From NCBI RefSeq assembly GCF_009914755.1, contig NC_060929.1: 64,000 nt of DNA, one strand, 5' to 3'. Each line of letters begins with the position of its first letter. The first letter of the stretch is position 1. Positions 46,764-59,249 of this stretch are shown in pieces. The notes under the pieces are model-generated. The model made no database searches. It saw only the letters and a program-made list of their open reading frames with translations, and was not told the origin of the DNA. The DNA comes from the human T2T-CHM13v2.0 reference genome, Homo sapiens. A program made the position numbers and the translations under genes.

Positions 46764-47215
46764 ATGAGGTACATTAGACATTTTGATACAGGCATACAAT
46801 GCATAATAATAACATCAGGGTAAATGGGATATCCATCACCTCAAGCATTTATCCTTTCTTTGTGTTACAAACAACCCAATTATGTAGTTATTTTTAGATG
46901 TACAATAAATTATTGTTGACTGTAGTCACTCTGCTGTGCTATCAATACTAGAGCTTACTCATGCTATCTAATTATATTTTTGTACCCATTAACCATCCCC
47001 TCTTCCCTGCCCCCAATACTCTTCCCAACCTCTGGTAAACATTATTCTACTCTCTATCTCCATGAGTTCAATTGTTTTAAATGTTAGCTACCACAAATGA
47101 GTGAGAACGTGCATAATTTGTCTTTCCGTGCCTCGTGTATTCCACCTAACATAATGACCTTGAGTTCCATCCATGTTGTTACAAATGTCAAGATCTCATT
47201 CTTTCTTATGACTTT
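46715..47215 (-). mobile_element. L1MA (MA2/3-like) 3' end
   Basis: TTTTTGTGGGTAC...GATACAGGCATACAATGCATAATAA...CATCACCTCAAGCATTTATC. Confidence 0.85.
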
Positions 47216-48649
47216 TTCTTTTTAAGACAAAAATAGCTTCATGGTTAAGATGAAGTCCTTCATCCTGCTCTATTTGCTATGCCTGTAGTCAGGCCTTGGT
47301 CATGTGACCACTCTTCAAGTCCTTCTGAGACAGGGCCCCTTTCAGGGATGTGAGCCCTGTGGCTGAGACCTTGCAACATTTCAACAGATCTCTGACAGTA
47401 AATGCCTCCCAGCATTACCTCTCTGAACATTCCTTGCTCCTAATGCACAGTGAGCTACACCCTCTAGTGGGCAAACCACATGCAGTACATTGAACTTTGG
47501 AAGAGTAACATCCTCTGTCTACTACCAACCACCTCCAGTAATGATCAGGCTCCCCAGATTTCACAAGAAAAAAAAAGCAGGGGATAGGGGGAAGAGGGGA
47601 ACGGGAGATTTTATGGCTCTTCTGCCTGACAACTCCAGGTGAATCTGAATTTAGTAACAGCTGGATTCAGGGTCTCCAAAACTTCTGCTGGAAATTTCTT
47701 TCTCCAGCTCTTGGATCCATCCATTCTTTCTCCAGTGTGGTTTTTATTCATAGGCAGGCTTTCCCCACCCCACACCACCTCTATCTGCAGTGGTAGACCC
47801 TGGCAGCTTAGAGTTACGATGTCGTCAGTGGAAGAGAGCTTTCCTTTTCCAAGAAGTCTTCTAACAAAAGGTTTGAGTCTTATTACACTAGTTGGAATAA
47901 AAGGCTTATTCTTGAACCAGTCATAGCTACAAGCATGCTTAATTCTCATTGAAATGGACCAAATTATAAGGTCCTACAGGAGCCAGAGGTAAGTTGGCCT
48001 TACTGTATGAACTAGAAGATGATAAAGAATTGTTCCCCAAAGGAATATTGAAGAACTACTGCCAGAGGAGAAATAAACGCAGGTCAAGCAAACAACAGAT
48101 GCTTCAACACTATACTTTCTATATGCTATCTTTGAGTCTAAGATTGTTCTCAGGCCTGGCCCAAGCTCAATCCCTTGCTATACTGCTGTCCTTATTGCAG
48201 TAAACTGTTTTGCCTGTTTTTGCTATAATAAGACTTGATACTGCCAGGATCAGAAACTTTTTATCTTGGTAGAAAGCATGAAAATGTCACCTAGAGATCT
48301 TAGCCTTCTGATGCCCACACTTTCATATCCAAATGACATGACTTGACCTTCCATTCCACAAATCACAGGAAGTCTGGTGTCCTCCCGATTGCAGAGGATC
48401 CCAGGACCTCTATGTCCTTATGGTAACTACTTGCTCTGTATCTCTAATTTTGCAAAGTTCTCCATCGGCACCTCATTTCATCTTTGGATGCTGCTGCCTC
48501 ACTCCCCACCACTTTGGTGCAGATGACTCCACAGCCACTGCACACCCGCTATCTTCCTTCATTCCTCAAGCACTTTAAAGGCTATTTAGGGTAACAAATG
48601 TTTTCTGAAGGTTTGGAGTACTGGAGGAGGACAATGGCTAACACGGCCT

Positions 48650-48960
48650 ATGAAATATGTCAGGATACTTTCAGTTAAGAGAGATGAAAATCTAAATGAA
48701 ACAGCTTAGGTCAAGCAAGAAATGTGTAGGCTCATGCAATTAGGAGGATTCAGGGTGGGTCGTAATTCAGGCACAGCTTTATCCATGGACTCAGGTATTG
48801 TCAGAAGTCTCAGTCTCCATCTCTGCCCTCTGCTTGTCTCTGGATTTTATTAAATGCTGGTTTCATCATCTCCCATACAAACTCTATCTACCAGATAAGA
48901 AAAATGGCTGCAGCCACTCCAGTCTCATGTCCTTACAGCTCATGATTAGAAAAAAAAAGG
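48650..48960. mobile_element. MLT1-type MaLR LTR fragment
   Basis: TGTCAGGATACTTTCAGTT...TTCAGGCACAGCT...GGACTCAGG...AAATGGCTGCAGCC. Confidence 0.5.
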
Positions 48961-50799
48961 CGGGGGTGGGGTTGGGAATGGGAAGAAGAGAATCCTGGAG
49001 CCCAGTCAAACATTCCCCGCAATCAGTATGCAACTGCGGTCCCCAGATAAGAGAAATAGAAGGTTTTCTTACAATGTCTATGCCAAAAGGTCAAATTTAA
49101 GCAAAGAAATGAGGATTAAATCATATCTATTATTATTATCTGGCACTAAGAAACAGTAAATGAATAATTAATACATAAAATGTCCTATTTTCAAAAACTA
49201 TAGCATGTTAAGGAATTAGATAGATGAGCCTTATCATTGAAATTTTAAACTTTTAATCAAGTATTGGCTTAAACTTAGAATATTAAGTTGAAGAGATGAG
49301 AATTTTATTAAGACTAAAGATTATTGGCTGTTTGAGAAGTCGTCATTTGCCATATGTGTATGTTTAATAGAGTTATGAGTTTTATTTAAATATTTAGGAA
49401 GGTTTGGTTTATTAAACCATTGAAATGCTTAAAAGGAAAAATCGAGTGTATTATATTTATCCATTTATTCATTAATTCCTTTACTGGACAAAACTTAACT
49501 ATGTATCTATCCCTATCTGTTTATTTTTGAAAAATTGGTCTATCAGTATGGTTATTTGATTTCTGTTCCCAAACTCCTCAACCAAACTGAACTGCAGGTA
49601 GAAACATATCTACTTCTCATCATAATTGTTTTATTGTACCTAACAGTGTCTGGCCCTAGAGCAAGCACTCAGAAAATACTTGCTGAATGAATGAATGAAC
49701 CATGTGAGGCTCAAAATATAACCAACTTACATAAGAAGCACAACTGTTTTATCCCAGTTACTTGTGGAACACAAGGACCATCAGTTTCTGTCCCAGTATT
49801 ATACTCACCTAGATGGGCCCAGCTCACCAGCATCTTCCTTCTCTTTCCTTGCAAGAGCTGAATAAGGTTGATCCACCTTCTGCCTACAGGGGAGCAAACT
49901 GTTCACTCGCCTAGGGCTACAGAGTCATCAGGTATATGAGGGGAAGCAGTGAGTCCTACGCTCAGCTGAAATATGCTATGTGTGAAGGGAAATAAGACTG
50001 AAAAGGCAGGCTGAAACCAATGCATATTGTACATGGGAACTCTGATAAGCAAGTTATATATATATTATTTAAGCCTCAGTTTAAGCAAAAAAGAGACATT
50101 GAAAGTTTTTTCTAAAAAAAAAACTACTTTATTGAAGTATGATTGACATACAAAAATTACATATATTTAATATATAAAACTTGATGCGTCTGAAGATATA
50201 TACCTGTGAAACTATTACCACAATCTATGCCATGAACCTATTCATCACCTCCAAAAGTTTCTTCCTGTCTTTTCATTATGTTATGTGTGAGTAGAATACA
50301 TAAGATGTATCCTCTTAACAAATTTTGTAAATACACTCTACAGTGTTGTTTGATCTCTAATCTTGTATAACCAAGTTTGTACCTTGTGACTAATACCTCC
50401 CCATTTCCCCTTCCCTCCAGTCTCTGGCAAATACCATTGCACTACCTTACTCTACGAATTTCATTATATTATGCCTCTCCTCTGTGCTACTTAGGCATCC
50501 TGGTATTCCACTGTGACAGAATTTCCTAAATTTTGCTGAAATGTTCTTTATAGATCGTGTCTCCCCACTAACTTGAGAGTAGAGACTGTTTCCTAGTCAT
50601 CTCTGCAGCCCTGGTGCCTAACATATTCCCAGGTCTCAAACAGACGTTTAATAAATGTTGGCTGCCTGAAGAAATGATGGAATTCAGAATTTTTGGCATT
50701 TCAGTGTACTTTCTTTCCTAACATCTTTGCTGTCTTTCCTCTGGTAATCAAACTAAAACATCTGAACTAGAAGTAGTGACAGAGAAAATATGATTAGAT

Positions 50800-51614
50800 T
50801 AGTCTTAGTCTGTTTTCTGCTGCTAAAACAGAATACCTGAGACTGGGTAATTTATAAAGAACAGAGATTTACTTCTTACAGTTCTTGAGTCCAGGAAGTA
50901 AAAGTTCAAGGGACCTGCATCTAGAGACTGCCTTCTTGTTGTGTCATCCCACAGCAGAAGGTAGATGGGCAAGAGAGCAAGAAAGAGAGAGAGAGTGTGC
51001 ACGTGAGAGAGAGCATGAGAACGAGAGCAAGTGAGAGAGAAAGGGCCAAACTCCAAACTCCTTCTTTTATCAGGAACCTACTCCTCTGGTAACAGCATTG
51101 ATCTATACATGAGGGAGGGCTCTCACGACCTAATCATCTTTTAAAAGTTCCACCTCTCAACACGATTGCATTAGACATTAAGTTTCTGTATTAGTCCATT
51201 CTCACACAGCCATAAAGACATACCTGAGACTGGGTAATTTATAAAGAAAAGAGATTTCATCAGGTCATGGTTCTGTGGGCTGTACAGGCTTCTGCTTCCT
51301 GGGAGGCCTCAGGAAACTTACAATCATGGCGGAAGGTGACAAGGAAGCAAGCACATCTTCACATGGCCTGCAGGAGAGAGCAAGCAAAGGAGGAAGTGAT
51401 ACATGCTTTAAAAGAATCAAATCGCATAAGAACCCACTCACTTTCGTAAGAACAGAAAGCAGGAAGTCTGCCCCCATGATCCAATCACCTCCCACCATGC
51501 CCCTCCTCCAACACTGAGAATTACAATTCAACATGAGATTTTGGTGGGGACACAGACCCCAACCATATGAGTTTGCAACACATGAACTTTGGGGAACACA
51601 TTCAAACCATAACA
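50800..51614. mobile_element. MST-type LTR containing a nested MSTA/THE1-like LTR (51187-51570)
   Basis: Two copies of ATACCTGAGACTGGGTAATTTATAAAGAA; inner element flanked by GTTTC/GTTTG. Confidence 0.85.
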
Positions 51615-52129
51615 CTGAAGGGTAATTTTTTAAAAAGAAGTTTACTGAATTTGCTTTTTCACTCTTAACCTTTTCACTTCCTTGTCACATAAACATGATC
51701 TTGTGCAGTATAGCACAAATTAAAAATGAACTGCAGTGTCCTTAATTTTTAATATTGTTTAATGGTCACTCAGAGTTCATGCTTATGGAAGTGTAAAAGT
51801 CTTCAATGCAGGCTTTTGTTTTTGTTTTCTCTTAATCTACCACCATGTGTTGGTTTTGAAATTGCAATTCTCTATGTATACACCTACATACAACAGCCTT
51901 TCACAGAATTTTCTTATGTAACTTGGGAAAAATTAGGGCACTTTGAAAGTAAACTTCAGAAATATCATATGCTAAGAATTCAGCCCTTATCACTTCAACT
52001 ATCTAGAAATAGCTGAGAAGCAGGAAGGAAAAGAGGTCTCTGAACAATCAAATAATAACAGCTAACATTTATAGAGTGTTTGCTGCCTGCCAAGCACTGT
52101 TCTATCTGGATTACAAACATTACCTCACA

Positions 52130-53620
52130 AGAAACAAATGAGGGTGAGGATGTGGAGAAATTGGAACCTTTGTACACTGTTGATGAGAATGTAAAACAGT
52201 GTAACTGCTATGGAAGAGTATGGTGGCTCCTCAAAAAATTAAAAATAGAATTATCCTATGATTCAACAATCCCACTTCTGCATCTATATGCCAAAAGATG
52301 AAAACAAGATCTCAATAAGATATTTACACTCTCATGTTTATTCCAGCATTATTCATAATAACCAAAATGTGGAAGTAACCCAAATGCCCATTGATGGATG
52401 AATAGAAAATGTGATATATACAGGCAATGGAATATTATTCAGCCTTAAAACCTTGAGGACTTCATACTAAGTGAAATAAGTCAGTCACAAAAAGACAAAG
52501 TGTGTGAAGCTACTTCTATGAGGTATTTAATGTAGTCAAACTCAGAAACAGGATGTAAAACTGTGGTTTCCAGAGCTAGGGTAGGAGAAAATGGAGAGCT
52601 CTTGTTCAATGGACATAGAGTATCAGTCTCGCAATGAAAAAGTTCTAGAGATCTGCTGAACAACGTGAATATGGTTGATACTACTGAACTGTACACTTAA
52701 AAATGGGCTCAAAAATTTTTTTAGCTCCCACATATGAGTGAAAACATACAGTGTTTATCTTTCTGTGCCTGAGTTATTTCACTTAACATAATGTCCTCCA
52801 GGTTCATCCATATTGCCTCCAATGACAGGATTTCATCCTTTTGTATACATATTTTGTGTATATGTTCCACATTTTCTTTATTCATTCATCTGTTAATGGT
52901 AGGGTGAATACAGTTAATGATAGTTTATTGTATATTTTCAAGAAGCTAAAAGAGAGGATTTTGAATGTTTGCAACACAAAGATGATAAATGTTTGCGGTG
53001 AATGGATATGCTAATTAGCCTGCTTTGATCATTATAGATTGTATACATGTATTGAAATATCACTCTGTATCCCATGAATATGTACAATTATTATGCATTA
53101 ACTAAAAACTAAAAATGAATGGAAATACATAACTAAAATGGTAAATTTTATGTTATGTGTTTTTAATCACAATGAAAAATAAACAACAAATAAATAACAT
53201 AAAGAATGAATTGATAAACAAAATGTGAAATATATATGCAGTGGAACATTATTCAGATTTAAAAAGGAATTAAATTCTAAATACATGCTACAACATGGAT
53301 GAACCCTGAAGATATTATGCTAAGTGAAAAAATTCAGACATAAAATGACAAATATTGTTATGATTCCACTTATATGAGTACCTAGAGTGGTCAAAATCAT
53401 AGAGTCAAAAAGTAGAATGGTGGCTGCCAGGGACTGGGGGAAGGAGAGCATAGGGAATTGTTGTTTAAAGAGTTTCAGTTTGGGAAGATAGAAAAGTTAT
53501 GATGATTGGCGGCGGTGGTGTTTGCACAATAATGTGAATGTGCATAATTCCACTGAACTGTATACTTAAAGAGGTTAAAATGACAAATATATATATTTTG
53601 CCACAATTTTTCTTAAAAAA
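52130..53620 (+). mobile_element. Cluster of old L1MB 3' ends with a nested inverted L1MA (~52715-53115)
   Basis: GAGGATGTGGAGAAATTGGAACC...ACTGAACTGTACACTTAAAAATGG, resuming at ~53131; second L1MB end at 53205-53620. Confidence 0.75.
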
Positions 53621-53744
53621 TAATGTATGACATTATTCATGCACAAATGCAAGACTGGGCTGGAGGGACTACAAGCCTTACTTTTTGATGCTTGTGCTAA
53701 TATTCATACATCCAAAAATCTAAAAATTAAAAACAATGAGGTAG

Positions 53745-54255
53745 TGTGGTAAATTACAGATGGCCACAAAGTCTTTGCTACATCTTCAATTAAGAGGTGG
53801 ACTCTTATTCTTCTCTTGAATCTGGGCTGGCTTAGTGGCTTTTTTGACCTAACACGACGTGATGGAAGTCACTCCTGGGACTGCAGAGGCTACATTATAT
53901 GAAGTTTTGTAGCTTCCTCCTGTTTTGCTTGGAACAGCTCCCTTTTTTCCCATTCTACCTCCAAGTGCTCCCTGTCAAAACCCAAACACCACGGTATAAG
54001 AAACCCAAATCAGAGGGAAAGCCCAAGTGTAGGCACTCTGATAAATAGCTCCAACTGAGCATCTAGAGATCAGCCAGCCTCAACTGCCATCAATATAACA
54101 TCTATTAGAGGCTGACATTAACTACAGCCCCAGTTTGATATCTGACTGTAAATGCCAGAGACTGCAAGCTAGGACTGCCCAGCCTAACCCAGTTACCCTA
54201 CAGAATCAGGGCAGATAAAATTTTTAGCCACTAAATTCTGGAGTGACTTGTTACG
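53745..54255. mobile_element. MLT1-type MaLR LTR
   Basis: TGTGGTAAATTACAGATGGCCACAAAG...CTTGAATCTGGGCTGG...AGCCACTAAATTCTGGAGTGACTTGTTACG. Confidence 0.7.
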
Positions 54256-56149
54256 TAGGTACCATAATGTCTATTTTAAAGAAACCTGAACCTTAGAGCT
54301 GAAGTGATTGCCCATTGTCTCTCTGCCAGTAAGCAGAGGAACTCACAGTTAACCAAGTCTTTCTGGTTCTAAAGCCTGCATTGCTGACTACTAAATACAC
54401 AACTTCTCAGTCAAAACAGCTACAATAGTTTTTTTTTTTCCTTTTTACCTTCAAAAAAAATCCTGTATTTGAATTCATAGTGGAGTTCTGCCATATACGC
54501 CAAGTCTAAGGGTAGTTAAGAATAGCCTTGATATGCATAGCACCTTCTGCAGTTGTGCACTGAACAGGCTCCATAGCCATATGAACCTGTCCTGAGCAAA
54601 CTCCAACCACTATCCCTGACCAAAACTTCTCTTGAGTATTAGTCATCATTTTAACAAAGGGATTATCTGTTGTTTAGGTACCTAAGGAATTTCAAGGAAG
54701 AACACGGGCTGATACTAGAACTCATGGAAGAATGAAAAGAGATACTTTAGAATTTAATTAAAAAGTGGGGATTGAAAATTAAAACAACACAGCGGTTTAA
54801 GGTCATTTACTGTAGGGCAAACTTTCCTGCAGCGCTCAGGGACCCCATGATGGTGCCACTGTACAGGAGAAATACTAACTCAGGACCTTTTTAATGAAAA
54901 CCTGTAACATCAAGGTACAAATAAATCCTAGAGATGAAGGGATACATATAACATGCTCTACCTGAAAATGTTAAAACTAGTTTTGATATCTTATTATATA
55001 TAACACTCATAGCAGTGAGAAAATATCTTTAACATTTATTACAATGATTTGTGGTAGGAAATTTTCTAAACTTGAGGTAGGAAACCTTTCTTACTCATGA
55101 GTATTCATTTCAGGTCCCACTACAGTGCTTTTTACAAAAGGAGGAATGCTAATAAAATGAAAATCATATTCCATTGAATTAAAAATTCAGGCCAATTGTG
55201 CTGAAATAAATCTTACTGAATGCCTTCTAAATATGCCATGCCCTGCACTAGAAACTTTCGTAATTCCTATTTATTCTTCAGAATAACCTGGGAAACAGAA
55301 AAAGCTAAAGTCTGTTTCCTTTATTAAAGTTTGAATATGAAGAAACCGACAGAAGCAAATAGCATAAAAATTCATTTTTGTCTTCAATTACAGGAAGAAT
55401 GTAACATGAAAGCTGAGATTACAATGAATAGTACATGAATATGATGAGGTTTTGTTTTGTTTGTCCTACCAGAGCTCCAAATAAAAACACAGATATATGG
55501 TTTGACATACGGAATGGGATAGCTAAAACTGTGACTGCCTAAGACAAGCTGAAACCTAAGGTGCCGAACCATATTGGGGAAAGAGGGGAAAAACCAGTAG
55601 GTCTGCTATCAATCAAGAAAAGAATAAGAAGAAATGGGATTCCCAAGCCTTCTTCAGCTTTTTCTTCTCCAGCAGAATAGCCTAGTCAATGCTACGTCTT
55701 GTCAAATTGTGTCTCACATGGCTTTAATGCACACTAACTTTCCTAAGAAGTATTTGTATCTATTTAAATCTAGGGATTTTAGCCCATATTAATTACATGT
55801 ATATTAGGGCAAGAACACAGGATGTAAAAGGTAAAAATCTGAATTTCAGTCCATCTGCGAGACATTGTGAAAATCAATTACACTCTCTGAAGACAATTCC
55901 TTATCCATTAAACAACAGAAAAGGTGATTAAGTTGATCCTTGCCTACATGTCAGAGTCGTGTAGAGTTTTTAATGACACTCATGTGAAATTCCTTTGGAC
56001 TGTAAAATACTATTACTTACGTGCAAAGATAATGTCCCGAAATCACAGAAGGGATGACTTAACATTAACATCTTTAACTGCGCCCCCGTCCTTCCTCTCA
56101 AAAAAAAAAAGTTCTCTATTTTTAGTTGAATGATTCTGGGAAAATCTCT

Positions 56150-56900
56150 ATTGGAACCTATCGACTTCGCAAATGACAAAGGCGAGGTCCAGAGACTTAT
56201 CCAAGACCCCAGAGTACCAGTGGAAATCAAGACCAAACCACACGGTGGAGACTGGTTCCGACGTATCAGACTCAGTGCTTCCGGCATGGCGCTTTAGTGT
56301 CAGGTGAAAGAACAGCAACCCGCCCCGCTTCTCCACCCCTGACAAGCCTTCCGAAATGCCACGCTGAACATGGCTGCCGCGCTTCGATGCTTCTTCACAC
56401 ACACAATATGGACACGGGTTTGAGGCTCCAGCCCCGGATGACAACACTCCGGAAATATGCGAGCGGCGGCGGAAGCGGAAGTGCCTCAGCGGTAGGGGCC
56501 GGGGAAGTGTCTGTAGCGTCCCTCCCTCTCAACCACAATAACAGGCGGAGGGTCGGCGTAGGTGAGGCGGCGGCTGAGTGGGCCTGGGGACCGGGAGCGG
56601 GGTGGCAAAGCCCGGAGTGCGTGCGGCAGGGCTGAGGTAGCTGGGTGGGGATTCTGGAACTTCCGACCGCTTAAGCTCGGCCTCTGGCCCCCTTGGGGCC
56701 TAGAGCTCCTTGAGAGATCAGGGGTTGAATTTGTAGTTCCTGGCCTTCTAGGCCGTGCTTGCGGGGGTTGCCTGCTTGTCTGAACCTGGCCCCAAAATCC
56801 AGCATAAAGAACTCTCTCTGGGCCCCAGTTTCCTCAATGAAATGGGTGAGGGTGTTGGACTGGACAGCTTCTGTGACTGTCTCCCACCCCGGGCGTCACG
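56150..56900. promoter_or_regulatory. FBXO38: CpG-island, TATA-less housekeeping promoter
   Basis: Only CpG-dense non-repeat stretch in the window. Tandem ETS/GABP sites CGGAAGCGGAAGT (56470-56482), CCGGAAAT (56449) and YY1-like AACATGGCTGCC (56367). Gene name from recalled synteny downstream of SPINK9, not from coding sequence. Confidence 0.8.
56470..56561 (+). other. FBXO38: Non-coding first exon (5' start approximate); the rest of the window would be intron 1
   Basis: Strong donor TAG|GTGAGG at 56562 just downstream of the ETS cluster; no FBXO38 coding exon recognised in the window. Confidence 0.7.
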
Positions 56901-59249
56901 AATTTCATGATTTTAATGTTAAGTCGGTGTTTCGGCCAGTAAAGTGAAGGAGGTCTGTGTTCAGCGTAGTGAGGAGATGTCCCTGAGCAGGAAGCAGTGA
57001 ACACATCTTTGGCTGCCACGCCTGAGTATCAGGAGCCCTGAATTCTAGTTTCACCCCTTCCACCTACACACCGTGTGACCTTGTCTAGGTCCATTAGCTT
57101 TTCTGTGCTGCAGTTTGCTTATCTGTGTTGGATGCCTTTGATGTCCGTGCCCTAGCTGTGGAAATCAGATTCTTAACTCCCTTTTCATGGAGTCTTTACA
57201 GACCTGAAAAGCATATTCTCCCTGCACTCTGCACACCCAGAATTTGACTAAGAGATGTCTACCGTGTTTCTTTGCAGACACCAAGCTGGCCAAGGGCAAC
57301 TGGTCACTTAGGAAGGTTCCTGTGCAATGAGAAGCTCTGTCCAGAAAACTTTGTTTTATACACCTAAACCAGCAGTGTAAATCACTACAAAGTGAAAAAC
57401 AGGAGACCTTGATTTTTGTTCCAAAGTTGCTATTAACTTGATGGTTTACTTTGGCCAAATCCCTTCCTCTCTCTGAACTTGAGATTTTTTTATCTGCTAA
57501 AGGAAGACGTTGGATTAGGTCACTGGTTTTTAATCCCCTTTCCCATTCCCCCAGCACAAGTGAAGGATAAAATAATAGTTCTATAAAGCCATGATTTTCC
57601 CAGGGAAGGAGGAGGTCCAGTCTGGAGGGTATGTATTACATAGGCATAGACTGAAAAAAATCCGCTTGTAATTTTTAACTTTCATTTTGAGAATTAACAT
57701 TTTAGATTATCTGTAAGCCTTCTTTCCCCTCTTTAAAATATGTGATGCTGTAATTCTGATGTCCTCCTTGGGTAAAGAATGTAGAGTTTTGTGTGCCTCT
57801 TTGTTTAAATGGCTGTGTGCCCAGAGGTACACACTTTATATTTAGTCAAACAGATACTAATGCATAGCAGAGGAGAAAAAGGGACAACTAGATTCCAGTA
57901 AGATAGGGTGATATAGTGAAGTAAAATTGGTGGTATACTAAAATGAAATAAGGTGGTATAGTGAAATAAAATTAAAAAGGAGTTGAAGACCTGTATCCCT
58001 GCTTCACACTGGTACATCCTGCCTCTGTGACTTTGGACAAGCCATCTAACATCTCTAGGCCTCACTTTCCTTATCTGTAAAACGAAGGGTTGAGCTGGAT
58101 GATTCCTAGGCCTTTTTCAGCACCATCATCCTGTTGGGGGGTTTTTGTTTTGTTTTGTTTGTGTGTGGTTTTTATCTGAGCAGTTTGGTTTATGTGGTGT
58201 GGTATTTCTTTAGACAAGAGAGGCTGTCCTGGTCAGTAGATACACAAGATAGTCTATGATGTCAATTAAGGTCTGTGAGGTCAAATTAAGTGATATGCAA
58301 GATTACTTTGATATGAGCAAGCTGAAACCAATAGAAACTAAAGAAAGGCATGAGAAACTTGAAGGGCAGGGAAGCCCTTGACCAGATAGGATCATTGAGA
58401 ATATAGGGAAGTTTCAAGTGAGAGGGGGTATTTTTCACGAGGGTAAAGAAAAGTAATTTGAGTTTGGGATGGGAAGGAGATTTGAATTGACGAGATAGGA
58501 GAACACTTTTTGGAAACAACTCTGGTTTAAGAATGTGCTTGCAACACCAAGACAAAAGTAATGCTTCCTGTGGCTAAGGTCAGCTAAGCAGGCAGCCACA
58601 GAGTGACTGTAATATACCAAAGGTGGCCATAGACCACTGCATGGGAGCCTAAATTAAATGGACCATAAATCCTAATTGGTGAAGGTAGGGTGTGGTCAGA
58701 TGCAGTTCTATCAGAGCATCTAGAAGCCTTTCTCCAAGCACTAGGGCATTGCTCTGGAATGCAGGAAGACAACCACAGTGACAGAGGACTGACTTGATGA
58801 TAGAATGTTTACTGTAACCTGGGAAGTCTGTATCCCAGCCTGAACCTTGACACTATTTAATCTTGGGCAAGTGATTTGTCACCTTATCCTCTCTGGTTCT
58901 GTTTGTTCATCTTAAAAATTTGGGATCACTAGATGAGCTTCGATGTCTGTGAATATGAACCCCCTGAAATCGTGTATGTATTTCTGCTTGCATGAGTCTG
59001 GAAAACGGATGTGCCACTTTCATCGTATTCTCAGATGGGTTTGTGACCCACAAAAAATTGAGAACTGTGTGATTAGGTAGTGTCTCTGGTCCTCTTCAAC
59101 TTTTAACATTCTGGGATTCTGTAATTCTGTCATTTCTGACATTTCCTTAAGGTTCAGAGTCTTAGGGTCTAGAAGTTGCTAAGCCTATAGGTAACACCTG
59201 GTACCGCAAAGTATAGTCTTTATATATAATACTCTCCTCCTTATTTATT

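Noticed and set aside
47611-47949. Opposed 112-aa and 95-aa ORFs
   Set aside because: No recognisable homology or exon structure; the surroundings look like degenerate LTR-type sequence.
56148-57019. Overlapping ORFs in the CpG island
   Set aside because: Expected from stop-codon scarcity in GC-rich DNA; they cross the exon-1 donor and do not resemble FBXO38 protein.
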